From assembly GCF_001194135.2 (NCBI RefSeq), contig NC_068983.1:142907479-142971478 (forward strand): DNA of 64,000 nt, given 5' to 3'. The notes under the pieces were generated by a model, which saw nothing but the letters and a program-made list of their open reading frames with translations, did no database searches and was not told where the DNA came from. The DNA is from Octopus bimaculoides. Taxonomy: Eukaryota. This document shows positions 38,031 to 51,575 of this stretch, one piece after another. Position numbers and translations under genes: made by a program. Every line of letters begins with the position of its first letter. Position 1 is the first letter of the stretch.

Positions 38031-40613
38031 TATTTTTTAATTAAGTATTTAATAAAGTTATTTTTAATATGTTGTTGAATTAGGGTAAGTTTAACTTTTA
38101 TTATTAATTTTCTCTTTCATCTTTATTTAACTTGCTTTCTGCTTTTCTTGCTTAAGTGCTTTCCTTTTCTTTTTAGTTAATTATTTAATCAGGCCAGTTC
38201 ATTAATGTGTTATATGCTTCAGATATGTGCATCTAAATTTATTGAGGCAGGAATATAGTCATTTTTGGCTGTGTCTCTAGGGGCAGATCTGAAGGCATGT
38301 AGTAAGGCTGTCCAGAAAAGGCATTGGTTAAAAGTGCTAATATTCTAAATTTACTTTTTAAATTTCAAAATGAATTAAAAGGGATTTTTCATATATCAAA
38401 TTTATATTAATGGGACATAGGTAATTTTGACTTGTGTCTATCTGATATGCTTTTATAATTACTTCTGTATTGAATAATTATTGATAGATCTAGATTAGCA
38501 GCAGTCAGTGCTATTATACCAAGCTCAAAATCTAGGTTACTTAAGGTGAGACTGGTAACTGATGGTTTTGGGATCTTGTTGTTCGTAACTTTTGGTTAAC
38601 CATGGTACAACCAACAACATGGTAAAAATCTCTGCCATTAATTTGGTGTGGATGGGTAATATCAAATAATTCAATCACAGCATATATTTAAATTAAACAT
38701 GGAAAAATTGAAATATTATCATCACTTACATCGAAAAATTGAAATATTATCTTTCAGTATTTTATAAGTTAAAATCTTAAATTATTAATTGACACATTAT
38801 TAATTATCTTATAACAGCAATGCCTGGAAAAAATCATGGATTATATGGAAAAATGCGAGCATGAAAAGTAATATTCTTAAGATTATAAACCTGGAAAAGT
38901 ACAGGACAAGTTATTACACCTGGAAAAGTATAGGACAAATTATTACTTCTAGTAAAGTAAAGAATAAGAAACATCCAGCTGTAGAAACTCTGCCAGATCA
39001 TATTGGAGCCTTTATAACATCATTAAGATGTAATGCAATATTGTGGTATCCATCATTTAGAATATCTACTGTTAACTAAAGTTGATACCTTCCTCAAATA
39101 ACAATAGATGAAAGCTCTAACAATTTGTAGGAATAATAAACAATTTTCTTTTTTCACTTTTCTGATATTTTCAAACCATGAATTCTTAAAATTTTACTCC
39201 AGTTAATCAAATTCATAATAAAAACAAGAGAAGCTAGTATACTAATTTCATCCAGTACTCTTATCCCTCAAAACTAATATATCTTCTTTAACTCTTTTCT
39301 GGCACAGCACCTTGAAGCAATTATTTAAAACTGAACTTTTAATATCTATTTAAGTAAAGAAACACTTTTTTATCTTTTTGATTAGGAGACAATGTTTTGC
39401 TACTGCTGAAAGCCCTAAACATCATAAAAAACTTAGTTCTCATTGTGATCAGAGATGTCCTGGAAATGAAATGCAGTATTGTGGCTCTCAGCCTTCAGAT
39501 TCTCTTACCTTTTTACAAGTTTATTGTGAGTAACTTGGATACCTCCTAAATATTTCCCTGAAATCTTTTATCTTTTTAATGTTTCTAATCTACATATGTT
39601 TGTTGTTACTTAGCCCTAAACCAGCCATTACTGAGCAAATTTATAATCAAAGGTATCTGTGACAATTGCACCTTTTTAGTTTTGACAAGGATAGTGTACC
39701 CTAGACTACATTATTCAATACAGAGTATAAGTTGGAGGGAAATTTGGCTGCAGTTTCTACCAAGTTGAGTGACCATGCTAAGGATCCCTTATTGGTTTGT
39801 TTTAATAGTTATTTTGAAATAATATATCATCTTGTTTTTTTAATGTTTTATTATGAGAGAAAATGATTGAGGATCTAGTCTTTCTCATTTACAAAATGAG
39901 ACCCCCCCCCCCCCCNNNNNNNNNNACGATTAACCAATTACAAAAAATCTCATAAATTAAAGAATCTGATGTTATTTGGAATTAAAGTTGGGAAATTTGG
40001 GTAATTTTAGCCAATCAATAGACAGTGTGGCATTAGCAAATTGTTACGATGACAATCCCATGCTGTGTTGTGGTTCACTTTTGTCTGTGCCGCTGTTGTC
40101 TATGTTGATTTCTCACCCTTGATTCTTCGCACCATGACATTCTTTTCACCCATGTGTTTTGTTTTAATCTTTCTGTGTGTTAGTATATTACATATTTTTC
40201 TGTGCTTTTGTGTGTTAGTATTCTTACATATTTTTCATTTCATATATTTTTGGGACTCATTGATTCAGCTGGATTTATGATTTCACTAGGTTAATTCTAT
40301 TCATAAAAATTTTAATTAGGAGTATTTCTTAAACTGTTAGCTTCACATTTCAACAGCTTAACTGAAATTTAGCCCATGTAACAGAAACTGAGAGGAATAT
40401 CGTGGAGCAGAGAAACTGTGGGTGATACAGATAATTTGACATTATTTTTGAATTCCACATGCAAAAACGTATTAGATACAGGTATTCTTTTCCTTGGGAC
40501 AAATTCTTTGTCAACTAATGTTATTCTTATTGTAATTTACAAACCCAAGCATGAAAACGTTATTTAACTTTGGAGTTTTGGAGACAGACACCCCTTTTTC
40601 ATGCACACACACA

Positions 40614-40658
<45 letters not shown>

Positions 40659-41554
40659 ATATATTAATGATGTACACAANNNNNNNNNNCACACACACAC
40701 TTATATATTAATGATGTACACAAATACATGACAAGTATACATAATACTGAAATATGCATAAAGTAAACAAATGCAGACAAATATATTAATATAACAAATT
40801 TTTAAAAATGATTAAAAAAATATACAATCAATGAAGAGACAAAAGAAGCAGTAAGATGATACATGTTGATTTTATTAGATGTTTCTGTTTACTTAGAAAC
40901 CCACAATGAAATTAGGTATTTCTGTTTATTTAGGAACCTGCAATTAACAGGTCAGGCACTAAACTATAAATTTCACAGGGTACATCCTTAAAATTGACAC
41001 TGCTTCGCTAAATGCAAAAAATTTCTGTCTTGCCATTGGCTAAAAATACCCAGTTTTGATTTTTAAACCTCTGTAACTTTTTTCTTCAATTTTTTTTTCT
41101 CCACAACATCATACCTTCAAAGCAATGAGACTGGAAAGCTACATTATTATAGCTGATTTTCAGATTTTATACTTCCTTTTAAAAAATGCATATTTTGTGA
41201 ATGAAAAAACTAGATCCATGATTGATTTTGCATCAGTTTTAGTTATTATTCTGTTCTTTAAATTGATTTCAGTTATTCATTATTATAGCAGGATTGGTAA
41301 ACAGAAGATAAACAATTTGTCCTTACTTTAATTCTTGTAATTTCAACTGCAGCTTCTCTGCTAGTTTCTCTCCAAATAGCTGCTCAACCAGGTCAGAAGT
41401 GAATTGGGCGATAATTTGTCACATTCACCACCAACTACTTGCAATTGTTTCTTATTCAAATATCTTCTCTCTCATTCACACTCAACTTCTAACCACTTTC
41501 TGAACACTCCTTTGTGACATTGGGTCAATCTTTCTAGTCAAAAACAGTGTTCTG

Positions 41555-41650
41555 TATCATCATCATCGTTGTTTAACGTCCGCTTTCCATGCTAGCATGG
41601 GTTGCACGATTTGACTGAGGATTGGTGAAACCAGATGGCTACACCAGGCA
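41555..41650 (-). mobile_element. RTE LINE 3' tail fragment
   Basis: catcatcatcgttgtttaacgtccgctttccatgctagcatggg; same family as 16322. Confidence 0.8.
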
Positions 41651-44600
41651 AACACATTCACCAGTTCCTCAGTCTATCTTACTATTCCCTGCTTGCTGTA
41701 GGTCACGGATGCTCTTTCCATAAAAACTTCCTTTAACCTGGCTTCTCTTCTTCTTGCATCTAGCAAGGCTTCTTTGCTCATTTCTAGATATTGTGTCAAC
41801 ACCAGCCCCTCTAGATAATAAAACTTGTGAAATTGCTAACTCCCTGCAGTTTTGTGACCAAACTAACCATCTTCACCTGTATGACTACAATTCACTCATC
41901 ACTAAATGGTCTTATCACATTGCTAGTGATTTTCACTTTGATATGTTCACACAGTTATGAGCCGAAATAGCTTGTAGCAGGGATTAGGCAATTGGATGTA
42001 AAACAATTTGTCCTTACCTTAACCACAGGAGAAAAAGACAGTAGGTTACACTGCAGAAAGGAAGTAGAAGGAAAGACTACCTTGTGTGGAAATCTTTTTC
42101 CTTTTTCTCCCTCGCTCTTCACTCTCTCTCTCCTGGCACATTGGCGACACCTGCTTCCGCCAAGAAAAGGAACAACAGCCACACACAGCTTGTCACCTCT
42201 GTTCCCACTTTACTTGCTGTCTCAGCTCATAACATCACAATTATTTTACCTCTCTTCATGGGTATCTAGTACTTTTACTATTTGATATATTTACTTTCAA
42301 ACAACTGGCTATTTATATAACTTATTTCTAAACTGTCATCCACCCATTAAAACATCCCATCACCTGCAAAACTTTTATCCTGCTTTATCTTTAGTAATAT
42401 AAGTGTTTCCAATAGCTGCTGGCAGTAACACTCTGATTGATTCATTTCAAATGTAAATAATTAATGGGAGAATTGCAAAGAATAATGATGAGAACATATA
42501 ATATTAGAAAGAATAATTTTTTTTTTTTTATAATTCAAGCAATTTCAATGGTGTTGATAATGTGGTTAATGTTGATGGTAGTTGAAGCCTGTATTTGCTG
42601 ACAGATACTTTTATACCAATGAAAGATTTCTCTATTCATAGAATAGACCGTTTGAACAGTGTATTGTGCACTAGAGGTTATAAATCTAGTATCATTGAAA
42701 ATTCTGGCTGATTAAGATTAGGGGAAAACATGAGAATAATGTTTATTAAATGTATATAAATCTAAGGTAAAATACAGTTTTGTAGACTAAGAAGGTTTAA
42801 AAACGAACAAAAGTTTTAAAAATATTATTTACTAAACTGAACATAGTATTATTGACATATTATGAGAATGAATTTGGGAAATTAAGGAAGCAAGTATAAT
42901 TAATATGTAGATAGAACAAAGGAAACTAACAATTTAGTTAAGGCTAATGAGCTGATACTAATAGAGACAGTTAAATTCATATACTGCTCAATAGCATGGA
43001 TATCAAGCATAATGGAATAGCTGGTTAGATGATAAAGTTACTGGATTTACTATTCTTATTTGGTTAGTTTACAATCAATTTTTAAGAAAATAATGTATTT
43101 ACAAGGACAAAAAGCTGAAAACAAAATGTCTGAAACAAAAATTATTGATTTAACTAATTTTTACTCACATATAAGAAATATATTAAAATCAAATTTGAAT
43201 GTTAATCATTAATTATATGTAACAAATTCCTATTTAGTAAACAGTATTTGTTTAGTAAATATGGGAATTCATCTGTGAAGCAAGTTAGTAAAATTCATCT
43301 TTTCATAAAATACAGACAGCCAGATAGTGAAAAATTAAGATATATTAGAGTTAAGGTATGAGATGCATCTCTTAGATAATATTTCATTGTCTATTGCTAG
43401 TAAATTACTCAGAAAGTTCTGGTACTTATTCATCAGGAAAATTGTTAACCTTATCTTTAGAAAATGTTATTACTCTTTAGAAATTAGGATTTCTAAATGA
43501 AATCTAATCTGTTACTTTGTACACACCTAGGAATAAAAACAAAACCACCATCAAAACATAGTATAGATGTAGATACTGCCAAAAAAATTATTCATCTTTA
43601 AAAATGAGGTTAATAGTTCAAAAACTTATAAAGTTACTAACAGTTCATTTCACACATTTAGACATTAAATTTAGTAGGTTTTGTAAATCTAGACATTAAA
43701 TCTAGTAGGTGATGTATGTAAAAAATTTCTTATGGCATTGAAATTTGTCCCTTAGAAAAAGACATTTAATTTGTCTTATCCAGAGACACTATGAAATATA
43801 TGTTGTGACAGAACAAGTGACCCATACAAGGACTAATAGTTTAATAGCTTTTCTACCTCACTTTTCCCTTTCCAATAAATGTCACATAATATTTCTTATG
43901 TATCTAACTTTTTTATCTCATAATGATGTTCATTAAAAAAAATTTTAATAATGCTAAGTGGGTGAAATAAAATTTGGATAAAACTGAAAATTGTCATGTT
44001 GTTATCAACATTATTATATGAATAAGAGAATAATTTAAGACCCCTAATTTTTCATAAACATCATGTAAGCAAATCAAATTAAATTTGTTTTTGTTTTTCT
44101 GGTAGATAGATATTGTAAATAGTTTACAATAAATAAATGAATAAAGCTTAATTGTAAGATAATTATAGTTTAATATGATATAGTAATATAGTTAGCTCAT
44201 TGCTTTCTTCTGTAAAAGATGGGGGAACATATGTTAAATGATGATGATTAAATATCAGCTTTGGCTTGCCTCATATATACTATGGAAAGACAGAAAGAAT
44301 TTAAAAAATTCAAATTTAGTTGTTGGAAACAACACCTAAGCTATTTAAGATATTGTTTGGAATGTGACAGAAGGGTTTCCAAGATCCTGTTTTTATGATG
44401 AAGCAATGTTAATAATAAATAAATTCAAGTGTGGAAATAAGTAGCCTTAAAATCACACTATAAAAAATTATTTTTCTAATTTAATTATAATAATATATTT
44501 TCTTCATTTTTAATTGGAAATAGGGATCAAAACCCCAAATCAGTTTTATTCACCAAATGGTAAGAATTTCTCTAATTTTGTTGTTTATTATGATTAATTC

Positions 44601-45084
44601 CTTGTAAGAATGTTTTACTCTATATTCTTGTAAAAGAAACTGTTGCTGTTATTTAACATCAGTGATTTACCAAAATATCCTAATATGCTATTGATATACT
44701 TGTTTTCTAATACTAACATAGTCTGATTAATGTATCATTTTTGTTGATCCAATTTCCCAACAAGACTAAATGCATATGAATTATCATTATTCTAACATCC
44801 ACTTTTCCATGCTTGCATGGGCCAGATAGTGTTTTACTGTAGCAGATACTCTATGGCCAGAAGCCCTTCTTGTCAACAACCCTCGCCTGTTTTCAAATAA
44901 GAAAATATTTTTCCATGACCAGAAATGTTTCTCACAGAAAACTGGAAAAGAACAACATCACTTGTATGATGATGATGCTCATTTACAACCATTGTGTGAT
45001 GTCTAGGCAAGAGTACACACACGCACACACATACATGATGGGTTTCTTTCAGTTTCCATCTATCAAATCCACTCTTAAGGCTAA

Positions 45085-45226
45085 CTCAACATGTTTTTTT
45101 CATTCTCTCTCTATTTATTTCCTCTTATTCCTTTCTGTCGAAGAGCGTAGGCTCGAAACGTAAAAGTATTTTCCTTTTTTCCTGAGCATCAAACTAATAC
45201 ACTTGCTTATTGTTCCTACACCTGTC
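45085..45226 (+). mobile_element. Penelope-like terminal repeat fragment with hammerhead-like motif
   Basis: ctttctgtcgaagagcgtaggctcgaaacgtaaaag; homologous to 11620-11775. Confidence 0.5.
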
Positions 45227-45236
45227 NNNNNNNNNN

Positions 45237-45285
<49 letters not shown>

Positions 45286-45649
45286 AAAATAAGCAACACA
45301 GATTTTAAAGATGATTGCAGTACGCACGTTTCATGCTACTCCATTTATATGCTACTCCATACTATATTCTGGTGCCTAAACATAAGTACCATATTCAATT
45401 ATGAATCTAAATCTAAACCTATATATATGTAGTCACACCCTATACTGTATTAGTTCTTTAGTAATTATTGGCACACCTTGTAGCATTATGCAAATGATTC
45501 ACATCCTTAACTAACCTTATTCAGACAGAAGGCACTTAACTACGACTACCTCAACTCACCTAGTTATAAAATACTATGTGGGAGTCATTGGTAGCCAGTT
45601 CTTTAACTTTGTGCCAAGTTCAAATCCTACATTAGACCAAACTTACATG

Positions 45650-45765
45650 AAATGACATCCTATGCAGTGGTTAAGGTGTTGCACTCATGGTTGCAAGATT
45701 GTGGGTTCAATTTCCAGATCAGGCGTTGCATTGTGTTCTTGAGCAAAGCACTTCATTTCACAAAC
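45650..45765 (+). mobile_element. tRNA-derived SINE head
   Basis: gcagtggttaaggtgttgcactc...gggttcaatttcc...cttgagcaaagcac. Confidence 0.65.
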
Positions 45766-46272
45766 TATATTATTCCATCATGGTTTATACTAGTGTCTAC
45801 TTGGGTAACCAGTCTCTTCTCAACAAATAACAAAGAACTTAGAACAGAACCTTTTGCATTACCACTGGCTGCACACTGATCACACCTTCAAATCACCTAT
45901 ACAATGAAACAAAAACATTTAAACTGAGATTACTTGGACATGTGAGAGACAGTTTATTGTTGCAGCAAGCGCCAGCCTTCACTGTCCCTGGCACAAAATG
46001 TATAACTATCACTTAACACCAGAACACCTTAAAGTACAATTACGTTAAGAACACCCATTCCAGGCAACCATAAAAGCATGTACACACTAAAATACCTGTA
46101 GCATCAATAGTGCCATTATCTCTAAACACTAATGATAAATACAAAAGGACAATTGTTGTGCTCTAATTGAGTGTACCTTGCTGGCCTCCACTGTGGTCAC
46201 ACAAGATGTAATAGGTATACAATAACAAACTGGGCAGTAGAGAAAATTTAATAGGCTCAACTTCTACACTCA

Positions 46273-46520
46273 ACTCATCATCATCATCGTTTAATGCCTG
46301 TTTTCCACGTTGGCATGGGTTGAATGGTTTGACTGAGGACTGGAAAGCCAGCGGTTGCACCAGGCTCCAATTTGATCTGGTGATGTTTCTACACCTGGAT
46401 GCCCTTCCTAACGCCAACCACTCCAAGAGTGTAGTGGGTGCTTTTAATGTGTCACTGGCACAAGAGCCAGTCAGGCAGCCCAGGCATCGATCACGTTTGG
46501 ATAGTGCTTTTTACGTGCCA
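46273..46520 (-). mobile_element. RTE LINE 3' tail
   Basis: (cat)n followed by cgtttaatgcctgttttccacgttggcatggg...ggatgcccttcctaacgccaaccac. Confidence 0.8.
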
Positions 46521-48797
46521 TTCCGCACAATAAACCATAGCATGCTGGAGTGCATACTATGGTTGTCAAGGAACTTATAGATTATGTGCTATCATTTGAT
46601 CACTTACATGCCATAGGTTTTACCAGTTAATTCTATAGTGGGTTGTCTGAAAAATGGCATACCAATACCAGAATATTAGTTGAGTAACTAATGTTGCAGC
46701 CATAGCCATCCAGACAAATCAACACTTCAGACTAAAATGTTGTAGTATTCCAGTACCAAATACTTATATATAAGTCATATATAAAGAGACAACACAAATC
46801 ACTAAACAAAAACTCAGAATGGATTACAGTATCAGTATTGTACCCCTAAAACACTTAAGACCAGAAAGAATTATTGCACTCACTAATATCTTCTCATCCT
46901 TATGCCTTCATTGCCAATTCCTCAGAAAGGCTAATAATCACAGGTTTACAAACAAAACTGAAGCAACATTATACATAACCATCACTCTCTGATGTACATT
47001 CATAAAAATTGTAGAAAAATTCATTCCTGTTATAAAACTCTTGTATTTCTTGTTTCAATTCAAAATATGATTTCAGAGAACAATATCCAACCACTGCACA
47101 ATTGACAAATCTATACTGAGGATGAATTTATTGACAAAATTCCCCAACATACACTATTCTGACCACCATTAACATTAGCAAAATATTTGACTCTATTGTT
47201 TGCTATCCACTCATAAACAAAGTCATAAACTATGCATTAAGAAACAACAAATTTTGCCTTGCAAAATATTACTCAAGTTGCCAAGCCTATGTGGAGTATG
47301 ACGGTAACAAATCTAAAAGTAATTTCATTATACACCACAAGGCTGTATCTCCTCACTTAATCTCTCTAACTTGGACTTACATCTTCCCACTACTAACAAT
47401 TGTACACACAACTTAAATAGATGACCTTAGAATTACCTCCTCTCATAATTTCCTTGTGTGTAGCTACACAATAACTTCAAATATTTTTCTCTTTCTTACT
47501 AGCAACACTAAAGAACATAAAATACAACAATCACTACACTTAACAACATGAACCAATAAGGATATGTGGTCACTTGACTTTCTAGAAGTAACAGCAAAAT
47601 CTCCCTCAAAGCACACTGTACTGTATTAAAAATATAATATATTGGACAATGTAGTTTGAGGTATGCTAACATCTGAAAAACAGATGAGATGGTCATGGCT
47701 AGAATGTCTTTGGAGTCTGCTTGATAAGGGTTAACTCCTTGGTTTTGAAGGCAAACTTGACAAATACCTTAACTTGTTAGGTTTTTTTTTTAATATTTTG
47801 ATGTAAAACTTGTGTTTAGATTGCTTTATTTTTTTTTTGTGTGTGCCAGTACTGTTTTGCTTGGTAATGTTTGCATTTATTCAGTACGTGTTATTTCAGG
47901 TGAAGCATATAAATGGGGAGAAATTATGCAAGAGTGTAGTTTCTCTAGTTCTATTGGAGTCAATTGATGAAAATGTTTGAACAGCTCTGTGTTAATATAA
48001 GAAAGAATCTTTTCAATGATTTGAGTCATCACCTATTGTTAACTACCAGATGCTGCTTGGATTGCTGTTATAAAGGAGACATTAAAAAAAATTATCAGCG
48101 AAAATTAGGTTCAAATTCGCTTTAGTATTTACTTTTATTGAAAGCTTTTCTAAATGCTAACACTTGAATTAAAACTAGGTAATTTAAAAACCTATTTTAT
48201 GTTGTAACTGTTCAGAACAAAGAAGTGAAATTAAAACAAAGAATTATAATATAAAAGTTATATATCATATACTTTTATGAGAGAGAGCGAGTACTTTAGC
48301 TTCAAAATCTGCCATTTGAGATATAGTGGTTTTTAATTTGCTATATATTTTAAGGCAACTATGAGCATGCAGAATGGTAGCAAATATCTCACAGTTTGTA
48401 TTAAGATAGATGTCTTTGTGAAGCAATGTCTATTTCTCACATTAATTCTGAGACGTAATTTGACAGCCAGTAGATTTTTCTTTTCAGCCTCCTGTCATTT
48501 TACTGTGCATAAAATCCATCAAATATCTGGGAAAAAGTGTGAGAAAGCATATTACGGGCTCTGAGTGCAGTTAAAGTATTCTTTTAATGTTACTCTGGTG
48601 AAAGAAATACATTTATTTGTATCTTTAGTTTCAGATGGGTCCAGGTATGGTGCTGAAATGCTTTTGTATAAATTAATTGCCTAAGCATTTGTATCACAGT
48701 AAGAAACCTGTATAACCCACATGAGTATGTAACAAAAGCAAAAGAAAAGTTGTTGATCTTTCATGTTTGTAACTGAAAATCTGTACATATTTTCTAG

Positions 48798-48939
48798 GAA
48801 CCTTTGTTGGCTGCTTTGAGGGAAGAATTGGTGCTCTGCAACAGATGAAAAAAATATTAAAAAGTCGATTTGTCAGTATTGATATTTGTCTAAAAGCTTG
48901 CTATTTCAGAGGATTTCAGTTTGCTGCTTTGGAAACTGG
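48798..48939 (+). CDS. Internal coding exon, N-terminal half of a second WSC domain (GTFVGCFEGRIGALQQMKKILKSRFVSIDICLKACYFRGFQFAALETG)
   Basis: Acceptor tattttctag|G, donor GG|gtaaga, 142 nt, phase 1-2, open frame. WSC pattern FVGCF...CxxxCxxxGFxFAALExG. Confidence 0.88.
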
Positions 48940-50599
48940 GTAAGATTATCTCTTCTGTACAGATTTTTATATAATTTTTCTGTCAGAATAAGAAATTAAC
49001 TTTAAACATAAAGCAAAAAACAACAACAAACAAATAAAACATGTCAATTAGATACACAATAAAAGAAATAGGGTGACATGTAATAAAATTATTGAAAAAA
49101 AAAAACTTGTAAATAGAATATATTAAGTTATATTTTGGCTTCATAATTGTCTAACTGCATAATCTGGACGACAGGGATTTTAGAGCTGGAAGCTCTTCTT
49201 ATTGTCAACTGTTAAGATAAAATTTCTTAAATGTTCTGTGTGGTATCTGATGGATATAGCACTGTTAAACCTTTCAAAAGTGGTTCTCTAGTTCATTTAA
49301 TCCCTTATGAAATTTAACTTTATTTAAGAGAGAAAAAGATTACTAAAGATATGTAATAAAATTTTTGTAATTTCCCTGAGATGTGTATTTCAAAGGTTCC
49401 ACAAGAATTAAAACTTTGGGAAATGCTGCTCCAAACTGTTTGAGATTTCTTTATCCAAGGAAATGAGTGAAAACAACTGCATATTTTGCTTTTATGACTC
49501 TTCTCTCATTTCTACTGTTATGAAAACATTAGTCTATAATTAAAACACCTCAGTTTCTCTATCTCAAAAGGTGAGTCACTTCCTATATCACAAATAATTC
49601 TTAAGTTTAGAATGTATGAAGAGAATGTTATTTTTAGAATCACTCATTCATCCCTTTCAATTTAATTTAATAAAAATGGATTTGAGAGTATTGAATTGTC
49701 TGTGTAATTGAACATAATTTGAAGCAATGCATGCTGGATTACAGCAATAAGCAGCAAAGGAAAGAGAAACAATGACACACACTCTCTCCTCTTTCCTCTC
49801 CTCCAATTTTTATCCATACTGCCAATTTGAAAAATTCTCCTCAAAGTACACACTGCAAATAAACATTAGCTTGGCTTTTAATAGAAAAATTATATTCTTA
49901 ACATTTGGAAATTTTTACTTCCTATTTAAGAAGCTCATTAGTACTGAGCAGCTGCTAAACCACTGCAAAACTGAAACTTTCCACACCCTAGATTAGACTC
50001 CTGCACAGAGTTTTTGAGTTGTTATTATCAAGTATTTTGTTGATTACCAAAAGCTGCTTTATTGATAACCTTTGACCTCTAAATCAATATCAAACAATAT
50101 TCTTTACCCTTTGTTTCATCTACTAATACAACAACAGTCTCTACACAAGAACTGTGTTTAAACCCATCTCCTCTAAAAGTATACCCATCTTTTCATATGA
50201 AATTCTCTTTCTCTTCTTAAAGAGATTTTTTCTTTATGTATGTGTTTTCCCTATAGTGACTGAATATGACAAAGAAATAATAGATAAAGACACAAACTTG
50301 GCAATCACAAAGCAACACACAACTTTCTAGTTAAAAAAACAACGACAAAACAAACCTTTTCTTAAATTCCTATATTACTAGGTTGTTATATGAAAATCAT
50401 AACTGGATAAATGTACATGTGGAGCTTTACCTCCAAAAAATATATTTCATCAATATATGTTTTAAACAATGTTGTTTGCAGACAGTCTTGTAGAATGTAA
50501 CTCATACACATATTTATATATATATATGTGTGTGTGTGTGTAAATGTAAACATATGTGTGTATTGAGGTAGTCAGTGTCTGTGATTGAATATTTAAGCT

Positions 50600-51575
50600 T
50601 AGACTAGTGCTGCAACATGGAATAGCAACCATTATCTCGGCCTATGCTCCTCAGCCAGGGCTACCTGATGACCAGAAAGACCGATTTTATTACACCCTCT
50701 TGCAGACTACCTTGTTGACAAATGACAAGGACCTTATCTTTGTGGCTGGCGACTTCACTGGGCATGTTGGACAACATCAGAGGAACTTCCATAGTATGCA
50801 TGGTGGCAATGGATTTGATTCCTGCAATGAGGAGGGAACCAGGCTGCTGGAATTCTGTGATGCCAGTGATCTTATGATTTGTAATACTAACTTCAGGAAA
50901 CCTGCCAGTCAACTATTCACCTACTAGTCCGGTGTGCACACTAGTCAGATTGACTACATTCTCATCAGGAAATGAGAAAGACTGCTGCTTATAAATGCCA
51001 AAACCTTTCCCAGGTGAAGAATGCAGCCCACAAAATAGGTTAGTTGTTAGTGACTTCAGGATCAGGGCTAAATGCCTGCCAAGAAAAGGAGGGTCTGGAA
51101 GCTTAAGGATTCTCTGAATAGACAGAGATTCAGAGATGTATTGCTTGAAGCTTTTGACAAGAAAGAGGAGGATATAGCATTCTATAACATGGAGGACAGC
51201 TGGAGGTTCCTATGGGACAACCTGTTGAGGGCTACTGACCAAATCTGTGGCTGGTGCAAAGTCCCCTCTCAACCTAAAGTGACATGGTGGTGGAACAATG
51301 TAATTGACAGGGTCATTAGGGAAAAGAAACAAGCCTGGAAGGACTGGAAGTGTGGTGGTAGCAGAGAATTGTATCAGATAGCCAGAAGGGAAGCTAGGAG
51401 ACAGGTTTACTTAGTCAGAGAAGAAGCAGAAAAGAAGAAATTTGCTAATGTTCTGCATTGCGAGGACTAGAGACTTGACATGTTTTGAATTGCAAGACAG
51501 TGTGTGAGAGAAAATCACAATGTCATAGAAGAGAAATGCGTCTGCATGGATGATGTCTCTCTTTGCATTTAATGA
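50600..51575 (+). mobile_element. RTE LINE ORF2 fragment (APE endonuclease and linker), defective
   Basis: TIISAYAPQ, VAGDFTGHVG, NEEGTRLLEFC...ICNTNFRK, SQIDYIL, TWWWNN; stops and frameshifts present. Confidence 0.92.

Noticed and set aside
40657-40723. Direct repeat ttatatattaatgatgtacacaa on both sides of a 10-N gap
   Set aside because: Most likely an unmerged contig overlap (assembly artefact).
43316-43355. Small exon candidates QPDSEKLRYIRVK (43316-43355) and GEKPKAVFKFSY... (about 57605-57677)
   Set aside because: They are too short or have acceptors too weak to distinguish from chance without transcript data.
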